Shown: piece by piece, positions 57,602 through 64,000 of the stretch | Layout: every line of letters starts with the position of its first letter | Numbering within the stretch: position 1 is the first letter of the stretch | NCBI GenBank assembly: GCA_944381125.1 | Contig: CALWKB010000017.1 | Span: 8,092-72,091, forward strand | Direction: 5' to 3' | Source: an uncultured Mediterraneibacter sp. | GTDB taxonomy: Bacteria > Bacillota > Clostridia > Lachnospirales > Lachnospiraceae | DNA length: 64,000 nt | The notes under the pieces: generated by a model | Seen by the model: only the letters and a program-made list of their open reading frames with translations | Told to the model about the DNA's origin: nothing | The model's database searches: none | Translations under genes and position numbers: made by a program

Positions 57602-58654
57602 ATGAAACAGCTTACAGTGAAAGATTTCGGGACATTGAAAAACGGGGAAAAAGCCCGCCTGTATGTAATGGAAAACGACAACGGCATAGTCGCCGCAGTG
57701 ACGGATTACGGCGCTGCGCTGGTCAACATGCTCGTTCCGGATAAAAACGGCGCCCTGCTGGATGTAGTGCTCGGATTTGACGACGTATCGGGATATGAGA
57801 ATGGAACAGAGTGCTTCGGCGCGTCTGTGGGAAGAAGCGCGAACCGGATCGGCGGCGCGCAGTTCGAGCTGAACGGGGTTACATACCGGCTGAATAAAAA
57901 TGAAAAAGGGAACAGCCTCCACAGCGGTCCGGACATGTACTTTAAGCGTATGTGGAAAGTGACGGATACGGGAGACGACCATGTCACCTTCGTTCTGCAC
58001 AGCCCGGACGGAGATCAGGGGTATCCCGGCAGTCTGGACATGAGCGTAACATATACGCTGGACGAAGAAAACGGCATTACGGTTCATTATGAAGCGGTAC
58101 CTGATCAGGACACCATTATCAATATGACGAATCACAGTTATTTTAATCTGAACGGCCAGGGCAGCGGTACAGCGCTCGGGCATACGCTTATGATGGATTC
58201 GGATTTCTTTACGCCGGCGCGCCCGGACGCTATTCCTACAGGGGAAATCCGTCCGGTAGACGGCACTCCCATGGATTTCAGAAACGGACGCGTGCTCGGC
58301 GCGGATATTGATTCGGATTACGAACCGCTTAAACTCGGAAACGGATATGATCACAACTGGCTGTTGAAGACGGAAGGAAAGTTTATAAAAGTGGCTGAAC
58401 TTTCGGCGGATCAGAGCGGCATCATTATGGATACGTATACAGACCGCCCCGGTGTGCAGATGTATACGGCGAACTTCCTTGAGGGAAGCATTGGAAAAGG
58501 CGGAGCGTGTTATAACAGCAGAGACGCCGTCTGCCTGGAAACACATTTTTATCCCGACGCGATCCATCATGAAAACTTCCCGGGACCGGTATGCAGAGCC
58601 GGAGAGAAATATGATACAAAGACAATGTACCGTTTCCGCACCGTGACAGAATAG
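57602..58654 (+). CDS. galM: Aldose 1-epimerase (galactose mutarotase)
   Basis: VGR.ANRI, NSLHSG, NMTNHSYFNL, GYDHN, CLET. Confidence 0.95.
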   Translation: MKQLTVKDFGTLKNGEKARLYVMENDNGIVAAVTDYGAALVNMLVPDKNGALLDVVLGFDDVSGYENGTECFGASVGRSANRIGGAQFELNGVTYRLNKNEKGNSLHSGPDMYFKRMWKVTDTGDDHVTFVLHSPDGDQGYPGSLDMSVTYTLDEENGITVHYEAVPDQDTIINMTNHSYFNLNGQGSGTALGHTLMMDSDFFTPARPDAIPTGEIRPVDGTPMDFRNGRVLGADIDSDYEPLKLGNGYDHNWLLKTEGKFIKVAELSADQSGIIMDTYTDRPGVQMYTANFLEGSIGKGGACYNSRDAVCLETHFYPDAIHHENFPGPVCRAGEKYDTKTMYRFRTVTE

Positions 58655-58680
58655 AAAGGCAGAACAGGAATCAGCAGCAT

Positions 58681-60789
58681 ATGGGAAAAGCATTATATAT
58701 TGCGGAAAAGCCGAGCGTAGCGATGGAATTCGCGAAGGCTCTGAAAATAAGCGCAAAAAGAAGAGACGGATATATGGAATCGGAGGAGGCCGTTATTACC
58801 TGGTGCGTGGGGCACCTTGTGACAATGAGTTATCCCGAGGAATATGATCCGGCTCTGAAGCGCTGGAGTATGGAGACTCTGCCTTTTATTCCGAAGGAAT
58901 TTAAGTATGAGATCATTCCCGGCGTGGAAAAGCAGTTTAAAATCGTAAGCTCCCTTCTGAACCGGGAAGACGTGGACACAATTTATGTGTGTACCGACTC
59001 CGGAAGAGAAGGGGAATACATATACCGTCTGGTAGAACAGGAGGCGCATGTAAAGGGGAAAAAACGGCTGAGAGTATGGATTGATTCACAGACCGAAGAA
59101 GAAATTTTAAGAGGAATCCGGGAGGCGAAAGATCTGTCCGAATACGACAATCTGAGCGAATCCGCGTATTTAAGGGCAAAGGAAGATTACCTGATGGGGA
59201 TCAATTTTTCGAGGCTGCTTACGCTGAAATACGGAGGAAGCATTTCAGCCTATCTGCAGACCAGATATTCCGTAATTTCCGTCGGCAGGGTAATGACCTG
59301 CGTGCTTGGCATGGTCGTGCGGAGAGAACGGGAGATCAGGGAATTTAAAAAGACTCCGTTTTACCGGATTGTCAGTCTGACGGGCGCGGGCGCGGCGGCG
59401 TTTGAAGGCGAGTGGAGAGCGGTGCAGGGCTCCGCATATTTTGAATCTTTTGATCTTTATAAAGAAAACGGATTTAAAGAGCGGAAAAAAGCAGAAGAAC
59501 TGCTGGAGCGTCTGAACAGGGAACAGCCTCTTTCATGCCGGGTGGAATCTGTGGAAAAAAAGAAGGAAAAGAAAAATCCGCCGCTTTTATATAATCTGGC
59601 GGAGCTGCAGAACGACTGTTCCAGGAAATTTAAAATCAGTCCAGACGAGACGCTCAGGATAGCGCAGGAATTGTATGAAAAAAAACTTGTCACTTATCCG
59701 CGTACCGACGCCAGAGTTCTGTCCGCCGCGGTGGCAAAGGAGGTCAGCCGCCATCTCAACGGACTGATGGGATACGCCCCGGCAGCTGAGTTCCTGCAGG
59801 ATATCCTTCGGTTCGGAACATACAAAACGCTGGAAAAGACCAGGTATGTCAATGACAGGCAGATTACGGACCATTACGCCATTATACCGACAGGACAGGG
59901 GCTTAAGGCGCTGGATTCGGTATCCGGGACGGCACGGAAAGTGTATGATCTGATTGTAAGGAGATTTCTGAGTATTTTTTATCCGCCGGCAGTGTACCAG
60001 AAAGTATCTGTCGTTACCCGGATGCAGGACGAACGGTTCTTTTCCGCGTTCCGCGTCCTGGCGGAGGAGGGATACCTCAGGGTCGCGGGGGCCGGGAAAC
60101 AGCCGGGAGCGGAGAAGAACGCCTCCGGGGAAGCGCCGGAAAACGCGTCGGAGAAAGAAAATACGGCCGGAAACGGTGCGGATGAAAATCAGGACCGCGC
60201 GCTTTTTGAGCAGGTCAGACAGCTGAAAAAGGGCGACGTCCTTCCGGTTAAAAAACTGGAGATTAAAGAAGGAGAGACATCGCCGCCCAAAAGATATAAT
60301 TCCGGTTCCATAATCCTGGCCATGGAAAATGCGGGACAGCTTATCGAAGATGAAGAACTGAGGGCGCAGATTAAAGGAAGCGGCATCGGAACAAGCGCAA
60401 CCCGGGCGGAAATACTGAAGAAACTGATCAACATCAGATATCTTGATCTGAGCAGAAAAACACAGATTATCACTCCAACACTTCAGGGAGAGATGGTGTA
60501 TGACGTGGTGGATCATTCCATCAGATCACTGCTCAATCCCGAACTGACCGCAAGCTGGGAAAAAGGGCTTGCCTATGTGGCGGAAGGAACAATAAGCCCG
60601 GATGAATATATGGAGAAGCTGGACCGGTTTGTGGCCGGCAGGACACAGGGAGTCAAAGGGCTTAATAATCAGTATCAGCTCAGGGAATGTTATGACAGGG
60701 CGGCTCTTTTTCACAGAAAGTCCGGCGGGAGAAAGGCGGGAGAGACTGCCGGGAAAAAGAAAAAGACGGGCAACGCAAAGACAAAATAA
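58681..60789 (+). CDS. topB: DNA topoisomerase III
   Basis: IAEKPS, TDSGREGE, SVGRV.T, TYPRTD (catalytic Tyr), GIGT.ATRAEI, LT..WE..L. Confidence 0.92.
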   Translation: MGKALYIAEKPSVAMEFAKALKISAKRRDGYMESEEAVITWCVGHLVTMSYPEEYDPALKRWSMETLPFIPKEFKYEIIPGVEKQFKIVSSLLNREDVDTIYVCTDSGREGEYIYRLVEQEAHVKGKKRLRVWIDSQTEEEILRGIREAKDLSEYDNLSESAYLRAKEDYLMGINFSRLLTLKYGGSISAYLQTRYSVISVGRVMTCVLGMVVRREREIREFKKTPFYRIVSLTGAGAAAFEGEWRAVQGSAYFESFDLYKENGFKERKKAEELLERLNREQPLSCRVESVEKKKEKKNPPLLYNLAELQNDCSRKFKISPDETLRIAQELYEKKLVTYPRTDARVLSAAVAKEVSRHLNGLMGYAPAAEFLQDILRFGTYKTLEKTRYVNDRQITDHYAIIPTGQGLKALDSVSGTARKVYDLIVRRFLSIFYPPAVYQKVSVVTRMQDERFFSAFRVLAEEGYLRVAGAGKQPGAEKNASGEAPENASEKENTAGNGADENQDRALFEQVRQLKKGDVLPVKKLEIKEGETSPPKRYNSGSIILAMENAGQLIEDEELRAQIKGSGIGTSATRAEILKKLINIRYLDLSRKTQIITPTLQGEMVYDVVDHSIRSLLNPELTASWEKGLAYVAEGTISPDEYMEKLDRFVAGRTQGVKGLNNQYQLRECYDRAALFHRKSGGRKAGETAGKKKKTGNAKTK

Positions 60790-60835
60790 AAGAAATAAGA
60801 GAAATAACAGAATATAAAATTAAAAGGAGAATCTT

Positions 60836-61501
60836 ATGAAAGGCGTAACAGTAAAAGAACTTTACACACTGGAAGAAACTATTGCAAAGGACATTTTTGA
60901 GGGGGTCGAGTATCCGTGGGAAGTGCTCCCGAAAATCAGCGCTTTTATATTAGAGCTTGGCAGTACACTGAACAGCGAGGAGTATGACTGCATAAACGGG
61001 AATGTCTGGATCGCGAAATCAGCCAAGGTGGCTCCGACGGCATACATCAACGGGCCGGCTATTATCGGAAAAGAAGCGGAAGTGCGTCACTGTGCGTTCA
61101 TCAGGGGAAATGCGATTGTAGGAGAAGGAGCTGTCGTGGGAAATTCCACAGAGCTTAAAAATGTAATTCTGTTCAATAAAGTACAGGTGCCGCATTATAA
61201 TTATGTGGGTGATTCCATACTCGGATACAAATCCCACATGGGTGCAGGTTCTATTACATCAAATGTAAAATCTGACAAGAAGCTCGTTGTTGTAAAAGGA
61301 GCGGACGGAACGATTGAGACAGGAATGAAAAAATTCGGGGCAATGCTTGGCGATGAAGTGGAAGTCGGATGCGGAAGCGTCCTTAATCCGGGAACAGTTG
61401 TCGGAAGCCGCACAAATATTTATCCTCTTTCTTCCGTGCGCGGAGTTGTTCCGGCGGAGAGCATTTATAAAAAGCAGGGCGAAGTGGTGAAAAAAATCTG
61501 A
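60836..61501 (+). CDS. Stand-alone hexapeptide-repeat acetyltransferase similar to the GlmU C-terminal domain
   Basis: Left-handed beta-helix repeats; HYNYVGDSILG, MGAGSITSN, KFGA..GD.V.VGC.SVLNPG. Confidence 0.8.
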   Translation: MKGVTVKELYTLEETIAKDIFEGVEYPWEVLPKISAFILELGSTLNSEEYDCINGNVWIAKSAKVAPTAYINGPAIIGKEAEVRHCAFIRGNAIVGEGAVVGNSTELKNVILFNKVQVPHYNYVGDSILGYKSHMGAGSITSNVKSDKKLVVVKGADGTIETGMKKFGAMLGDEVEVGCGSVLNPGTVVGSRTNIYPLSSVRGVVPAESIYKKQGEVVKKI

Positions 61502-61522
61502 TCCGGTCAGACATACTTTTAG

Positions 61523-61552
61523 TTGACACGGGCCGCCGGCCCGTGTTATTCT
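61523..61552 (+). promoter_or_regulatory. sigma-A promoter of the symporter, overlapping a GC hairpin
   Basis: TTGACA-18nt-TATTCT; hairpin acacgggcc-gcc-ggcccgtgt at 61526-61546 may terminate the upstream gene. Confidence 0.55.
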
Positions 61553-61565
61553 ATACCAGACAACT

Positions 61566-61600
61566 TCATCGCTTTAAAGCGTTGCGCTTTAAAGCGATGA
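61566..61600. repeat. Nested palindrome: two copies of CGCTTTAAAGCG inside a 16-bp inverted repeat
   Basis: tcatcgctttaaagcg-ttg-cgctttaaagcgatga. Confidence 0.9.
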
Positions 61601-61663
61601 GCAGGACGCAAAAGAGTCTGCGCAGAGGCGGACAGATTAAAAAAGGAAGACGAGGAAGAAAAG

Positions 61664-63196
61664 ATGGGAATTAAACTTGCGATGCTGATTATTTTTTTCG
61701 CGGTAATGGTTGGGGTAGGCATATACTCCAGACGGCATGTTACAAGCGTTGACGGCTTTGTTCTCGGAAGCAGGTCCGTAGGCCCCTGGCTGACCGCATT
61801 CGCCTATGGCACATCTTATTTTTCGGCAGTGGTATTTGTCGGATATGCCGGACAGTTCGGCTGGAAATACGGGATTGCCTGTACATGGATAGGGATCGGA
61901 AATGCGGTCATCGGAAGCCTTCTGGCCTGGGTTGTGCTGGGGCGCCGCACAAAAGTAATGACGCAGCATCTGAATTCAAAGACGATGCCGGATTTTTTCG
62001 GGGAAAGATATAACAGCAAAGCGCTGAAGATTACGGCTTCGATCATAGTTTTTATTTTTCTGATCCCCTATACCGCATCGGTATACAACGGTCTTTCCAG
62101 ACTGTTTGGAATGGCGTTCAACATCCCGTATTCATGGTGCGTAATCGCCATGGCTGTATTTACGGCGCTTTATGTAATCATGGGCGGCTATATGGCTACC
62201 GCGATTAATGATTTTATACAGGGCATCATTATGCTGGCGGGTATTGTGGCGGTGATTGCTGCCGTGTTAAGCGGACAGGGAGGCTTTATGGAGGCTCTTT
62301 CCAAAATGGCGCAGATTCCGAGCGACGTTCCTCTGACTGCCGGACAGCCCGGCGCATTTACGTCTTTCTTCGGGCCGGATCCGCTTAATCTTCTCGGAGT
62401 CGTAATACTGACTTCGCTGGGAACATGGGGACTGCCTCAGATGATCGGCAAATTTTACGCGATTAAAGACGAAAAGTCAGTCAATACGGGAACGGTAATC
62501 TCAACGGTATTTGCCATAGTTGTTTCCGGAGGATGCTATTTCCTGGGCGGGTTCGGGAGACTGTTCGACAGCCCGCAGATTTATGACGAGACGGGTACGG
62601 TCGTCTACGACAGTATTATTCCGTATATGCTTTCGGCGCTGCCGGATATTCTGATCGGAATTGTGGTTGTACTTGTGCTTTCAGCGTCCATGTCGACTCT
62701 TTCGTCGCTTGTGCTGACATCCAGCTCTACCATGACGCTGGATCTGCTCAAAGATAACGTAATAAAAAAGATGAGTGAAAAGAAACAGATCGTAGTAATG
62801 CAGCTACTGATTGTATTTTTCATTGTTGTATCTGTTGTAATCGCTCTGGATCCGCCTACATTTATCGCGCAGCTGATGGGCATTTCCTGGGGAGCTCTGG
62901 CCGGTGCGTTTCTTGCGCCGTTCCTTTACGGCCTCTACTGGAAGGGAGTTACAAAAGCCGGGGTGTGGGCAGGATTCGTCGCAGGCGTTGGACTTACGGT
63001 TTCCAATCTGTTTATCGGTTTTATCGAGTCGCCTATTAATGCGGGCGCGGCGGCTATGGTCGCGGGACTTGCGGCGGTTCCGGCGGTAAGTCTGCTTACT
63101 CCGAAAATGAAGAAGGAAAAAATAGACGAAATCTTCAGCTGCTACGAAGAGACAGTCACGATTACAAAGAAAAGATCACTTCAGCAGGAACGATAG
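61664..63196 (+). CDS. Sodium:solute symporter (SSS family)
   Basis: About 13 TM helices; F.LG.RS.GPW, SAV.FVG..G, T.PDFF..RY, SASMSTL.S. Confidence 0.92.
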   Translation: MGIKLAMLIIFFAVMVGVGIYSRRHVTSVDGFVLGSRSVGPWLTAFAYGTSYFSAVVFVGYAGQFGWKYGIACTWIGIGNAVIGSLLAWVVLGRRTKVMTQHLNSKTMPDFFGERYNSKALKITASIIVFIFLIPYTASVYNGLSRLFGMAFNIPYSWCVIAMAVFTALYVIMGGYMATAINDFIQGIIMLAGIVAVIAAVLSGQGGFMEALSKMAQIPSDVPLTAGQPGAFTSFFGPDPLNLLGVVILTSLGTWGLPQMIGKFYAIKDEKSVNTGTVISTVFAIVVSGGCYFLGGFGRLFDSPQIYDETGTVVYDSIIPYMLSALPDILIGIVVVLVLSASMSTLSSLVLTSSSTMTLDLLKDNVIKKMSEKKQIVVMQLLIVFFIVVSVVIALDPPTFIAQLMGISWGALAGAFLAPFLYGLYWKGVTKAGVWAGFVAGVGLTVSNLFIGFIESPINAGAAAMVAGLAAVPAVSLLTPKMKKEKIDEIFSCYEETVTITKKRSLQQER

Positions 63197-63315
63197 AAAA
63201 TATTAAACATAATCCACAGAGAACTTTTCTGACAAAGAGCTTTTTCAGAACTCCGGATTTTGCCGGAGGCATGAAAGGGCTCTTATTTTATCCGGACGAA
63301 AATTTTTATCCGCTA

Positions 63316-63393
63316 TTGAATATACGCAATACGTATGTTATAATGCGGCAAAGTCAAAAAAATATTGACATTTAGATACCGGTATAATACTAT
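63316..63393 (+). promoter_or_regulatory. Tandem sigma-A promoters of recA
   Basis: TTGAAT-17nt-TATAAT with TG extension (63316-63344) and TTGACA-17nt-TACTAT (63365-63393). Confidence 0.7.
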
Positions 63394-63404
63394 AATAAAA
63401 GATA

Positions 63405-63418
63405 CGAACAACTGTTCG
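63405..63418 (+). promoter_or_regulatory. LexA (SOS/Cheo) box
   Basis: CGAAC-AACT-GTTCG matches the Firmicute consensus CGAAC-N4-GTTCG, just upstream of recA. Confidence 0.9.
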
Positions 63419-63440
63419 GTTTGAAAAGGAGATATAGTTT

Positions 63441-64000
63441 ATGGCCAATAATGCAAATATGAATGAAGAAAAGAAAAAAGCGCTTGACGCAGCTATTGCA
63501 AAGCTGGAAAAGGATTTCGGAAAAGGCGCGGTAATGAAACTGGGAGAATCGGGAGCGCACGTAGCTGTTGAGACCGTTCCCACCGGGTGCCTGAGCCTGG
63601 ATCTTGCGCTCGGGCTCGGCGGAGTTCCAAAAGGCCGTGTAATTGAAATTTACGGGCCGGAGTCCAGCGGAAAGACTACCGTCGCTCTTCATATGATCTC
63701 TGAAGTGCAGAAGAGAGGCGGAATTGCCGGATTCATTGACGCGGAACACGCGCTGGATCCCGTTTACGCGAAGAATATCGGAGTAGACATTGACGAGCTG
63801 TATATTTCCCAGCCCGACAGCGGCGACCAGGCTCTTGAAATAGCGGAAACAATGGTGCGTTCCGGCGCTATTGATATCATTGTAATCGACTCTGTCGCGG
63901 CTCTTGTCCCCCGCCAGGAGATAGAAGGCGATATGGGAGACAGCCACGTAGGGCTTCAGGCAAGGCTGATGTCGCAGGCGCTGAGAAAACTGACGCCGGT
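63441..64000 (+). CDS. recA: Recombinase RecA (3'-partial)
   Basis: Manual translation from ATG 63441: [69 protein letters not shown]. Confidence 0.98.
   Translation, partial: MANNANMNEEKKKALDAAIAKLEKDFGKGAVMKLGESGAHVAVETVPTGCLSLDLALGLGGVPKGRVIEIYGPESSGKTTVALHMISEVQKRGGIAGFIDAEHALDPVYAKNIGVDIDELYISQPDSGDQALEIAETMVRSGAIDIIVIDSVAALVPRQEIEGDMGDSHVGLQARLMSQALRKLTP

Noticed and set aside
1-64000. tRNA/rRNA genes, transposases, integrases, prophage, programmed frameshifts or in-frame stop recoding
   Set aside because: None seen: intergenic gaps are short and explained, and every recognised gene is an uninterrupted ORF of plausible length

Overview
A chromosomal window of core genes from a spore-forming Firmicute; gene content suggests Clostridia/Lachnospiraceae (inference). 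It contains a dcw cluster (mraZ-rsmH-ftsL-two class B PBPs-mraY-murD-ftsW/spoVE-ftsQ-ftsZ), spoIIGA-sigE and sigG, pth-mfd-prsA, a MoxR-DUF58-transglutaminase operon, a polar amino acid ABC transporter, purF-purB, gltX, a UvrD helicase, luxS, ppk1, galM, topB and the 5' end of recA. I found no tRNA, rRNA, CRISPR array, transposase or integrase. The strongest candidate for an undescribed system is the three-gene cytoplasmic operon at 31092-36435. Its middle gene aligns by eye end-to-end with DnaK/Hsp70 but has lost the ATP-binding loops; it is flanked by a 1100-aa Ig-like/helical-repeat protein and a small TPR-like protein. Two more probable pseudoenzymes are present: a sirtuin lacking its catalytic His and a GlgX lacking its catalytic Asp residues. 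Other points of interest are a gene with a consensus sigma-E promoter encoding a degenerate FMN-binding-fold membrane protein, and several unexplained palindromes and structured leaders. All family assignments come from motif recognition and recall; no database search was run.
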